DNA of 64,000 nt from Octopus vulgaris (GCA_951406725.2 OX597820.1:16120001-16184000); one strand, 5' to 3'. Counted from the first letter of the stretch, positions 1-12,478 are shown. Notes: generated from the sequence alone by a model not told the origin. Translations and numbers: made by a program.

Positions 1-65
1 CTCTTGAGGTCTCTGGGTGAGACTTGGCGCCAACTTGTACAGACATAAAGCAAAAGTCAAACATA

Positions 66-146
<81 letters not shown>

Positions 147-162
147 TAATAATAATAATAAT
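1..162 (+). mobile_element. 3' end of a (TAA)n-tailed non-LTR retrotransposon (probably R4/Dong-like) with its TAA tail
   Basis: ctcttgaggtctctgggtgagacttgg...aaaagtcaaacata is followed by (TAA)n. The same 3' end recurs at about 38808-38933. Confidence 0.5.
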
Positions 163-385
163 ATTGACCTGATGTAGTACTAGGCAGTGGCTCTCATGGC
201 TTCTCATCTTAACTGATTGGAAGTGTTATCATGTATATAGTCTTGTCTTGGTATAAAAGATGGGCAACAGTAAATATTCTGCTCAATACCACAGATTTGC
301 TTGTCAGCTGTTTGACAGTAACCAGTTGAGCAAGTCCCTTGGTGGCTGACGATATGTGCATCTCTGATCACGAGCAGAAGTAGTG
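163..385 (+). mobile_element. 5' part of a ~540-bp interspersed repeat found inside (TAA)n tracts
   Basis: Homologous to 17745-18152 (+) and 45345-45880 (-), e.g. atattctgctcaataccacagatttgcttgtc. Confidence 0.6.
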
Positions 386-901
386 CTGGCCTTGTACTAA
401 AATTTGAAATCGTTTTTACTTGCAATGCTAAATAGCATTTTATTTACGTTATGAGTTGAGTTCAAATTCTTATGCAAATCCAAATTATCTTTCCTACTCT
501 CGAGGTCGGTAAAATATTTATTTGTCAATTTAACCACGTGTACCGGCCCGTTTCCTTCAAATGTGCATCCTTGTGCCAATCAGTATTGTACACACCATCC
601 TTCCTTCCTAGACCCCCTCCTCCTCTTGATTCCTTGTCTTTTTATGGACGACATATTCCTTATTCTTATTCTTTCTAGTATCTCTCCTCTCTACCATTTC
701 CACCTCCATTTTTTTCTTCACTCATTGTTTTTTTTCTTTCTCATTTTATTTATTAATGTTTCCGAATCTATTCAACAATTATTTTAACATTTTAAATATT
801 CTTATCATTATCTCATCTCTCCCACCACATCTGATTCTCTCTCTCTCTCTCTCTCTCTCCCTCTTTCTCTATCTATTTATCTATTTATGTATGTATGTAT
901 G

Positions 902-962
<61 letters not shown>

Positions 963-964
963 GA

Positions 965-1036
<72 letters not shown>

Positions 1037-1145
1037 ATCTATCTACGTCATAATGTTTTTCCTTCGGCTAAAAAGAAAGAAACCGACATCTGTCAAGGAA
1101 ACGTGTCTTCTGCAGAATTGATATGTAGATATATAGGGATAGATA

Positions 1146-2122
1146 GATACTTTGATACTTTGATACTTTGATAGGTTTCGGCCATTATTGGCCCAGGCCA
1201 TGTCTAACTTAATAGCACCACCTGGTGAAGTCTTTCAAGTCAGAATTTGGGCACTATGGCCCACTCAAGTAGAGAGTTATTGTTTACAGAGACATATCCG
1301 GGTGTAGGGGGTTTATCCGGGATTTCTTGAAGGAATCTGTCCAAAGACTTCTTGAACCCTATAGGGTCAGTTTCTGTTTTAATGTGTTTTGGTGTAATGT
1401 TAAAGAGAGCGGGGCCAATTGAGGTGAAATAATTGTGCCGTATTGTTGTTATGAGATGAGAGTGCGATTTTTGTTTTGGGCGGATGGCACGGGGCCCAAG
1501 CCTTGGATGTACCTTAAAGGTGATGCCAACATCATTTGGGCAATGCTGATGGAATATTTTCCACATCATGCAGATGATGTAGCGCTCACGACGACGTTGG
1601 AGAGAATAAAGTTTTAGCTTTTCTAGTCGACCCCAATAGTCGAGGCCTGTCATGCCATCTATCTTTCTTGTGATTGCCCTTTGAGGTGCTTCAACTTTTA
1701 TGATACTTTGTATTGTGTGGAGAGACCACAGTGGACAACAGTATTCAAGGTGGGGTCGGGCAAAAGTGGAGAAGAGAAGGATAATGGTGTGGATATCTCT
1801 CGACTGGAAAGTTCTGAGAATCCAGGAACACATTCTGCGGGCCATGTCAACTTTGGTGTTTATATGAGTGGCCCAGCTTATGTTGTTGTCCACAATTACT
1901 CCCAAATCTCTGATGTTGTTGGACGCCGCGAGAGTTTCACCTGAAGGAAGGGAGTATGGGAGTTTCAGGGCATCCTCTTTTCCAAAGTGGATTAACTCAA
2001 ATTTATCCTCGTTCAGCAGCATATTGTTTTTTTCTGCCCATTGGATAACAGCCAGTAGATCTGACTGAAGGCATGTCCGGTCACTCGCCTCATTTATGAC
2101 CTTCTGTAGCTTGGAATCATAG
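1146..2122 (-). mobile_element. 5'-truncated CR1/L2-group LINE: C-terminal part of the RT ORF, 3' UTR and (TATCAAAG)n tail
   Basis: The ORF 1240-~2119 is open for about 290 codons and has the motifs DSKL, RDLGVIVD, RPHLEYCCPLWS and LEKLKLYSLQRRRER. The tail reads (GATACTTT)3 on +. The ORF N-terminus beyond 2122 is microsatellite read-through. Confidence 0.85.
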
Positions 2123-2348
2123 ATACATACATAAATACATACATACGTACATAAATACATACATACGTAGAATGATTGATTGATTGATTGATTAACAGAT
2201 GGATGTGTGACTGACTGGCTGAATAGATACGTACATACACAATAAATACATACATACATACACACATACATACAGACATACATACACGCATACGTTACGT
2301 ACGTACGTATGTATGTGTGTGTGTATATATATTTATATACGTACATAC

Positions 2349-2404
<56 letters not shown>

Positions 2405-2481
2405 TTCTCTTTTTCTCTGTCCCCTCCCTATATATATATATAGGGAGGAAAGAGAAAAAGAGAGAAATAGATAGACAGATA

Positions 2482-2534
<53 letters not shown>

Positions 2535-3139
2535 CAGACAGATATAGAAAGAAGGAAATGAATAAATAAATAAATAGAAAAAGGAGAAAAAAGGAGAATA
2601 AACAGGCGAAGAAAACATGGGAGAAAGAAAGTGTAGAGCAGCCATTCCGGAAGTAACAATGAGTTGTTTTCAATAAACGTTTTGAGTCAAACCGGAAGAA
2701 CTCACACACAATGGCTAACATGGATGTTCATTGTTCTTGGTTGAAAAGAAAATAAGAAAGAAGATGGTGGTGGCAGCGATGCCGGTGGCGTTGGTGGTGT
2801 TGGTGATGATGATTTAAAGATAATAATTGACTTTCTAAACCACCCAAGGGTAGCCAAGATTATATATAAGACGATGCTTTTTTTTATTTTCTTTTGTTTT
2901 TTCCTGATATATTTTAGTTGTTACTGTGTTGTAGCAACAATTTACCTACTTAGTTTAAAAATAGATATTTCTGCTGCTACTGCTGCTGCTACTGCTGCTG
3001 CTACTACTACTACTACTACTGCTGCTACTACTATTACTGCTGCTACTACTACTGCTGCTACTACTACTGCCGCTGTCGTTGTAAATAGTCGTTGTCATAG
3101 TAGCGATGGTGGAGGTGGAAGAACTTATAATAATATCAA

Positions 3140-3790
3140 CTTCAAATTTTGGCACAAGGCCAGCAATTTCGAGGGAGGTGTTAAGTCAATTACAGCGACC
3201 CCAGTTTTCAACTGGAACTTATTTTATCGACCCTCGAAAGGATGAAAGGTAAAAACACCCTCGGTCGAATTTGAATACGGAACGTTTGTCTGAGGAAATG
3301 TCGCTGAACATTATGCCCGACATGCTAACGCTTCTTATTTCTTTATTGCTCACAAGGGGCTAAACATAGATGGGACAAACAAGGACAGACAAAGGGATGA
3401 AGTCGATTACATCGACCCCAGCGCGTAACTGGTACTCAATTTATCGACTCCGAAAGGATGAAAGGAAAATTTGACCGCGGCGGAATTTGAACTCTGAACG
3501 TAACAGCAAACGAAATACCGTTCAGCCTTTCGCCCGGCGTGATAACGTTTCTGCCAGCTCGCTGCCCTATAGTGTCTGAAAAGATTAGTTTCAAATTTTG
3601 GCACAAGGTCAGCAATATCTGGGAAGGGGATAAGTCAGTTTGATCAACCCCACTGTGTAAGTGGTACTTATTTTATCGACCCGAAAGAATGAAAATAAAG
3701 TCGACCTCGGTGGTATTCGAACTCAGAATGTAAAATTGGAAGAATGTTTTGGTACGGTAACGATTCTGCTAGCTCGCTGCTTCCCCCACT
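3140..3790 (-). mobile_element. Cluster of 3 tRNA-derived SINE copies (family A, Meta-domain-like body)
   Basis: Contains the reverse complement of gtcgactttgcctttcatcctttcggggtcgataaa..aagtacca and of the head ggcgagctggcagaaacgtt. Confidence 0.75.
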
Positions 3791-4204
3791 TGCCACCCAC
3801 CCCAATAAAGAATATAAAAAATGTAACTAAGAATGACATATCAACCGCTTGCGTTGATAATTTCGACGATTGATTGGTGGATTGCCGAATAACTATAACG
3901 TTGAATATTTCCGGTTTCCAGGTAAATTGTTCGCCTCCGAACCAAATTCGGTTCCTCTCTACACTCTTTCTGGACCTCCTAGAAAAAGCAGCCAAACCTT
4001 CTTCACATTACACCCTACCCTACAAGAACAGCAAACTTTCAGATTACTCGTCGTATATTTCATGGCAAATGAAAATGTCATGGAATATGGGACACAAAAA
4101 TGATAAAATATGGATAATTTTTAAAAAACCGTTTTTTCTTCTGTATCATAATTTCCCTTGTATGAAATACAATACAGGGACATTAGCAAAACACACACAC
4201 ATAT

Positions 4205-4298
<94 letters not shown>

Positions 4299-4768
4299 AT
4301 CAATATCAATTAAGGGTAAAACTAATTAATTACGAAGTAATCAATAAATTTCACCAAGTAGAATTCGGTATGAAAACAGGACCGTTATACGGTAAATTCT
4401 AGTAATACTAATATTAAGGGATCAGCAAAGGAATGCATCATCACATACCGAAGTTCAGAAATAGCAGCCAAAATCTATGCCATTTCTTCTACTTAAAAAA
4501 GTCTACTAGGGAAACCATAATACCCAGGCAGAGGGTAACGTAACGAAAATCAATCAATATCCGATTATCCATAGACGCGCGTTTCGGAATCAGGTTTTAA
4601 ATAAAGAATATCCAAAAATATAAACTTTACTAACCACATTCCTCTTCAGTATGGATTTTCTGTAATAATCCGAAGGTACTAAAACATTAGAATGACTCCT
4701 TCAATGTAACGGCCGCTAATGTAAGTACCGCCAGATTCAAAGTATGAATGAAAGTCGCTTAGCCTTTA
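4299..4768 (-). mobile_element. Penelope-like pseudo-LTR or retrozyme-like fragment between (TA)n tracts
   Basis: Contains the hammerhead at 4567-4656 and shares architecture with 4787-4990 and 24641-25186. Confidence 0.6.
4567..4656 (-). ncRNA. Type I hammerhead ribozyme, canonical core
   Basis: Minus strand: ATCCATA-CTGAAGA-GGAAT..(long loop)..ATTCC-GAAA-CGCGCG-TC-TATGGAT. Stem I is 7 bp, stem II 5 bp, stem III is palindromic and the cleavage triplet is GUC. Confidence 0.85.
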
Positions 4769-4880
4769 TATATATATATATATATAATCAATTTAGGGTA
4801 GCAAAAAATTCAATAGAAATTATTTTGCCACCAGCGGTCTAGTGAGAAAGAGGAAATAGTCAGAGATTATAAATAAATTC

Positions 4881-5159
4881 AACAACAATTGAGGAACGAC
4901 CACAATAGGCCGTTCGACCCACTAGAAATAGCAGCCAGGGCTCCAACCGCAAATAGTAGTAATTCCGAAATCTAAGGAAAAATAAAAATAAAAATAAAAA
5001 ATAAAAAAATAAAAAAATAAAATAAAAAATAAAATAAAAAATAAAATAAATGTTTTTTATTTTTCCTTAGATTTCGGAATTACTACTATTTGCGGTTGGA
5101 GCCCTGGCTGCTATTTCTAGTGGGTCGAACGGCCTATTGTGGTCGTTCCTCAATTATTG

Positions 5160-5161
<2 letters not shown>
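4881..5161. repeat. Near-perfect inverted repeat (~110-bp arms) around an (AAAAAT)n spacer
   Basis: 4881-~4990 is the reverse complement of ~5052-5161 with about one mismatch. Confidence 0.9.
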
Positions 5162-5213
<52 letters not shown>

Positions 5214-5582
5214 AAGGAAGGTTGTGTGATATTTATAGTAACAGGCTTGTAGAAAGCTTGGGAATTTGGGAAGGCTTGCAAGACTTCTAGTAGGTCAAAC
5301 AACAATAAGAAAGGCTTCTATGTTGTATAACACAGTAAGATGACCTGATGGAAATTAATCGTTCGGAAATTACTGAATATTCTGACATCATAACGAGTGA
5401 ATTAGACTGGCAATTAGCGAATCAACGCTGACACACCTTCATTGACATCATTTGTGTTTCGATGATATTTCCATCTGTTGTCCCAGGGCATTTATAACGA
5501 ATAGACCATATCCACGTCTTCTGGGACTTTGGCGTTTTTTTTTGGGTTTTTTGTCGTCCTTCTGTGCTCTTCTTACTAATTC

Positions 5583-5614
<32 letters not shown>

Positions 5615-5976
5615 TGTATGTATGTATGTATGTATGTATTATGTATGTATGTATGTATGTATGGAAGGATGGATGGATGTATTATGTACAGATAGAGAAA
5701 GAGAGAGGTTTGGAGAAAGAAGTTTGAAACTTTTTGTTAGACGTCCATACATATTCGTTTCCTTTCTCATGTATGATTCATGTTATATTTAGCTGCATGG
5801 AAGAATACATTTCTAAAATGGTGGTGCATTATTTCCCTTTATATATGTATATATAAATACACACACACCGCACACGCACACATACACACGCATATATATG
5901 TAAGCGTGTGCGTATGCGTTTTTATATACGTATATATGTTTATATATACATACACATATACACGTATATATATATA

Positions 5977-6488
5977 TCTATATATATAAAACTGTAGTTG
6001 TGTGAGTGTCTGTCCCCTTCGATTTAGATTCCTAACTACTCCCACATTTTGCGGTGCAGTTTAACCAAATTCGGGTATCTTATAGTCGTGATTCATATCG
6101 AGCCCGTCTGAGTATTAGCGCGCGTCAACGATGTGTCTACGATTTTAAAAATAATTTAACATCATTTTTTATTCCATTTTAATGCGTAATTTTTCGTGTG
6201 TCGATGGCGGCGGAGTTGGCGTCCATGGTCACACCTGCACCTGTTTGCTTCTCCCCCTTCTTCCCTCCCTCGTGAAGCTGTGGGGAAGGGAGTGTAAGGA
6301 AATCAACGTCGTAAAGCGTTGTCAAGGAGACCAGCGTTCTTTTAGAACAACGACTTCATGGCTTGAAGACACCAAAACAGAAATGGCTAAGAAAGCCCGA
6401 ATTGGCATCTATAAGGGAAGTAACTCTCTAAAAATGCTTATATAGTTATTTCCCTTACAAACCCGAGCAACGCCGGGCGATACTGCTA

Positions 6489-6489
<1 letters not shown>
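5977..6489 (+). mobile_element. Non-autonomous Helitron
   Basis: 5' TCTATATATATAAA, 3' hairpin CCCGAGCAACGCCGGG then CTAG, inserted at A|T, no TSD. Confidence 0.85.
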
Positions 6490-6554
<65 letters not shown>

Positions 6555-6811
6555 ATATATATATATAAATACATATATAAATAAACACAACTTGTATGTA
6601 TGTATGTATGTATGTATGTATGTATGTATGTATGTATGTATGCATGTATGTGTATGCATAAACGTGCATCGATATGTGTCAGAAAAAAAATGGGATGAAC
6701 AAATGAACATACGAAAGATACTCAGGATAAGATAGTACTTGGTCATAAGGTGGGCAAAGTCATCAAAGAAACGGTACCCGAGCAGCGATGTCTAATATCT
6801 TTTTACACTAT

Positions 6812-7085
6812 ATATAAATGGAAAAAATGCACATTAAATACAGGACATCACCAACGAGCGAGAAACACGTAAACACATAACGAGAGACAAGCATGGGACA
6901 AAATACCAAAAGAAGTCTGACTCCTCCTCAGTTGCCGACTGTTTATTACTACCTGTTTCGTGCTAACTGACGAGCTGTTAGACTTCTATTGTTATTTTGC
7001 TTCGTACTTGTCTCTCGTTGTGTATTTACGTATTTTTCGCTGGTTGGTGATGTCCTGTACTTAATGTCTATTTTTTTTTCATATA
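6812..7085. repeat. Diverged inverted repeat of a Penelope-like fragment
   Basis: ggacatcaccaac...agaagtctgac versus gttagacttct...gttggtgatgtcc. Both arms carry a CTGANGA box. Confidence 0.7.
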
Positions 7086-7139
7086 TACAAAAGGTCTTTG
7101 AACATTTTTGTTGGTCGTAATTATTCATACCATTATGTA

Positions 7140-7229
7140 ATTCCCGACGAGGAATCTAATTTGTATTTCATGAAGAGTTTTTCGTCTTTGTCTTTGCAAT
7201 TAATTAGACTCCGAAAAAATTTGTAGAAT
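7140..7229 (+). ncRNA. Degenerate type I hammerhead
   Basis: ATTC-CCGACGA-GGAATCTAATT..AATTAGACTCC-GAAA-AAATTTG-TA-GAAT, with a U4C change and a stem III mismatch. Confidence 0.55.
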
Positions 7230-7621
7230 GTATATTAGTTCTGTAGCACTTTGGATTTGAATTGAATTAAATTTCATCGCCACTTACAATTTTTTCCTTT
7301 CCTTATACATCATTTACTCTTTATATATATATATATATAGCGACTGCTACCATCAACTGACCATTCAAAATAGCACTATCATGGCGCTCCCAAATTATTA
7401 TTATTATTATTATTCCCCTTCTCCACCTCCTCCTTCTCCTCTTCCTTCTTTTTCTCCTTTTTCTAAGAATTCACAACGACCTCGAACCCACAAGAGTAAA
7501 CAAGAGAGAGACAGAGACAGGCAGAAACAAGGAAACTGCCACTCGTATTTGAATACTATACAAATATTCTTTTAAAAAAACTTTTCTTTTAATTTTTCTA
7601 AATTTAATTATTTAATTGTTA

Positions 7622-7657
7622 CAGTTGAAAAAGTATCAATGTCTGAAACCGGTACTG
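7622..7657 (+). ncRNA. Minimal hammerhead candidate with U3:A8 core
   Basis: CAG-TTGAAAA-AGTATCAATGTCT-GAAA-CCGG-TA-CTG. Confidence 0.45.
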
Positions 7658-7705
7658 AAATGTTTTTTATAAAATTATTTTAGCATTTTCTATCTTGACT
7701 TTTTT

Positions 7706-7756
<51 letters not shown>

Positions 7757-7939
7757 ATATACTGTTCCGTTCCGTGATAGAAAATTTAGTAAAAACAGTA
7801 CTCCATCTGGTGAGAGATAAATGTTATTTATTTAAAGGACGGAATGCATGTATTTAAGCGCTACTAATAGTTTCATATGCTGCGCCTGCAGAATATGTTT
7901 GAGTATATCTCAACGCATGAAACTATTGGTAGCGCTAAA

Positions 7940-8032
<93 letters not shown>

Positions 8033-8452
8033 AGAGGGAGGGTGGGGAGAGCAATAAGAAAATGGAGGGGATCAACTTTTAGACATTATATTATGTCAAG
8101 GTATTTATTTATTCATTTACTAAAATGACAATTACAAGAATATCCATACATGTATAACATATTATGCTTTACAGATAAAATATATAAAGATACCAGTAAT
8201 TAGAGGAATAGAAATTGGGAAAATATCTTACAGCTGTTTCTGGCAATATACATGTTCTCTTAAACTATTACATGTTTCAGTCCCAAGGCTGTGGCCATGT
8301 TGGGACACCGCCAGTTGAGTCGATACGTATACATAAATATATAAACACGGAGACACACAAATACACACACACACACACATACACACGCACACATATATAT
8401 TACATTATGTTATGTTCTGTTGTGTGTATGTGTATGTGTGTATATATATATA

Positions 8453-9132
<680 letters not shown>

Positions 9133-9754
9133 GCACAGAGAGAGAGAGAGATGCATACAACCATATATGTTCATGTTTGCGTGTAGTTATGACTATATAT
9201 ATGGAGACATCGTTGGATATAACGTATGCGAGGCATGACACTATTAAACAGGAAGTGCATGGATTTTTTATTATTTTGCATTGCTATTAAAACATTTATA
9301 TCTCATTATCTCTGTTTAATACCAGCATCTGTGGATGTGACTGTCCCTCGTATGTGCGTGCGTGTGTCTAAGTGTGTCCCTATGCATGTGTGCGTGCGCG
9401 CGCGTGTGTGTGTGTGTGTGGGCGTGTGTTTGGATGTGTTTGTGCGTGCGTGTATGCATCCATTTAGGTCTTTATGAGTAATATTAAAGAAGACTTGCCA
9501 CTTTCAACTGGCTTTGATCAAAAACGCTCCTTCGTTAAGAGTCGATATAACGATGTAATGCGCGTGCGCCTGTACAAGGAGACACCGACCCGCGTACAAC
9601 CAAACGCAGGCACACGCAAGCACACACATGCGCACACGCACACATGCATGAATGTATATATCTATATCTCTAAATATATAAGCACATATGTATAGATGCA
9701 TGTATGCATTTATATAAAAACACACACATACATAATACATACATATATATATTA

Positions 9755-9815
<61 letters not shown>

Positions 9816-10006
9816 TATATATAGTGAGAATTTAAGAAAAAAAACAAAAGACGATGACGGGTGTTTAAACAACAAACAGATGTATTAGTTTAACGCTCGG
9901 GAAGTGAGAAAGTCTTTTACGTTTCGAGCCTACGCTCTTAGATAGTATAAACTTTATAGTATAAACCCTTTCGGGTTTGTTTATAAAAATATTATTTATT
10001 TAGTTC

Positions 10007-10080
<74 letters not shown>

Positions 10081-10604
10081 TATGTATTAAGACCTGCTGG
10101 ATATGAATGTAGGGTATTTTCAGAAAAGTACTCAACCCGAGTTCTGAGCTATCAGCAATGTCGGATTCCAGTCTAATACCGAAATTCTTCAAGTGTAGAA
10201 AATCCTGGTTTCCCGACGGTAAAACCGTTGTGTGGGTGTAGCACATGTATGATGCAAGTCTGATGAAGTGCCGCTCTAATGTCGAAAACTCTAAGCGTTG
10301 CCTAAATCTTCACTTCAAATATTGAGTAAACTGGTGTTGCAAGAATAGTTGGTGCAGAAACAATTGTAATGAATCATTAAAGATGTGTTAAAAGATTTCT
10401 TTGTCTCATTATTTTAATTATAAGCATATACATATGCATGCATACAAGCACAAGAACGAAGACTACATATACAAGCCATGAATGGAACTGTCAAAGTATG
10501 TAAAACTTACCAAAAGTTTAGCATAAAAGTATATATGCACGTATCTAGACATGCAACTGTATGTATAGGTATACATACATACATAAAGCAAATCATACAG
10601 ATCT

Positions 10605-10824
10605 CTTTTACTCTTTCACTTGTTTCAGTCATTTGACAGCGGCCATGCTGGAGCACCGCCTTTAGTCGAGCAAATCGACCACAGGACTTATTCTTTGTAA
10701 GCCTAGTACTTATTCTACCGGTCACTTTTGCCGAACTGCTAAGTTACGGGGACTTAAATATACCACCATCGGTTGTCAAGTGATGTTGGGGTGACAAACG
10801 CAGACACATAAACATATGCACACG

Positions 10825-10893
<69 letters not shown>

Positions 10894-11000
10894 GACGGGA
10901 TTTTTTCAGTTTCTGTCTACCAAATCCACTCACAAGGCTTTGGTCGGGTCGAGGCTATAGTGGAAGACACTTGCCCAAGGTGCTACGCAGTGGGAATGAA
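10605..11000 (-). mobile_element. SINE family B (CORE-like accttgggcaagt block, internal microsatellite)
   Basis: Matches the copies at 32511-32955 and 46787-47187. Confidence 0.75.
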
Positions 11001-11202
11001 CTGTGTATGAGATCTGTTCATACACTATGCACAACTATGCTGTTGATGCTGAAAATTCGATGAAGGTGGTTTCGATCTCGGTTAGAAACCAGCTCCTCTT
11101 CATTGGCAAGAAATCTAGAAACAAAACTGATAACGTCCATGCTTCAGAAATATACATACATGTTTGTATGCATAGTTAGGAACTGAAATAAATATAAAAT
11201 GC

Positions 11203-11364
11203 GTCGGTAAAAAAATACTGATGAACGCATGCAGTAATGAAGTCGAACAGTACAGTCGCGACTAACATATTTAATATCGTGCCGCAAGACTCTTTTAATA
11301 AATTCATATTGTTAGTCACCCGAAGATTGGAAGCGTGAAACTGAGGGCATGGATTCAGTCTGAC
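11203..11364 (+). ncRNA. Hammerhead candidate with long stem II insertion and disrupted stem I
   Basis: CTGATGA(11218)-ACGC..~105 nt..GCGT-GAAA-CTGA-loop-TCAG-TC-TGAC. Confidence 0.4.
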
Positions 11365-11545
11365 TTAACCTTTGATAAATACTATTATTTCACTCTATAT
11401 CTCATCAAACTTGCTCCGTTTCGTTCGATTCTGCTACGCGGCCCATAACAATCTCTCTAAACATACGTTATGTTACTAGATTAATATCTATATAACAGTA
11501 TTGCGTACTATTTTTCGTCACTGATCCTGCTGACAAAATTTTATG

Positions 11546-11598
<53 letters not shown>

Positions 11599-11661
11599 TA
11601 TACATCTGCTTGTTTTGTACACCACCTGTCTTCGTCTTTTGTTTATTTTCGTAAACTTTCC

Positions 11662-11701
<40 letters not shown>

Positions 11702-11780
11702 TTTCTGTTGAGGAGCGTAGGCTCGAAACGTATATACTTTTTCACCTATATAATATATATTTGCTACCTACATGTGGCTA

Positions 11781-12214
11781 ACCCTTAAGGGTCGATGCTA
11801 CTGTAGCTTGTAGCCCCAAGAAAACGTCTCCTCCAGCTGGTTATTGACACACTCTCTGTGCCCTATCAGTATTTGCAAAGGGAAGTCATCGTGCTGCAAC
11901 TGTTTCTATCATGCTCAGAGATGTATTATTGCTTCTTTCCACTTTTCCGAGATCAGTGACTTTTCGTCACCAGATAAAGTACATATATTTGCATTGAGAA
12001 TCACTTCCCATCGCCAACCGGTGGTTGTCACACGCTGATGACGGGTCAGTACCCAGAAACTCAGGTCCGTGTGTATCATGTCAGGCCGGAGATGGGAATG
12101 ATGGCTTCCCTTTGCAAATACTGATTGAGCACAGATAATAGTGTGTCAATAGCCAGCAGGAGGAGATGTCTTCTTGGGGCTACAACCTACAGTAGCATCG
12201 ACTCTTAAGGGTTT
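11781..12214. repeat. Diverged ~110-bp inverted repeat enclosing a hammerhead
   Basis: aacccttaagggtcgatgctactgtag...tttgcaaagggaag versus cttccctttgcaaa...ctacagtagcatcgactcttaagggtt. Confidence 0.85.
12029..12073 (+). ncRNA. Minimal type I hammerhead ribozyme, canonical core
   Basis: CACACG-CTGATGA-CGGGT-CAGT-ACCCA-GAAA-C-TCAG-G-TC-CGTGTG. Stem I is 6 bp and the cleavage triplet is GUC. Confidence 0.85.
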
Positions 12215-12385
12215 TCACGTTTTTTATCATGGTATTTTAACAAAATTAGCGCTTTCTTTCATAGCGTACGTAACAGAGTCACACACTGTTGAGTACACAC
12301 TGTATGAAACCTCCAATTTTGCTAAAATACTATAATAATAAAAATAAAAACCAGAGGATGTTTCAATTTCATGCAAAGGATATGC

Positions 12386-12448
<63 letters not shown>

Positions 12449-12478
12449 GATATATATGTATATATATATGTATATACA

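Noticed and set aside
2123-2358. N-terminal part of the 372-aa ORF
   Set aside because: (TATG)n and (TCAA)n read-through; only the part below ~2120 is LINE-derived.
2874-3245. Ala/Thr-rich 123-aa ORF
   Set aside because: (CTA/CTG)n repeat running into a SINE.
10254-10301. CTGATGA...GAAA hammerhead candidate
   Set aside because: Stems I and II do not pair convincingly.
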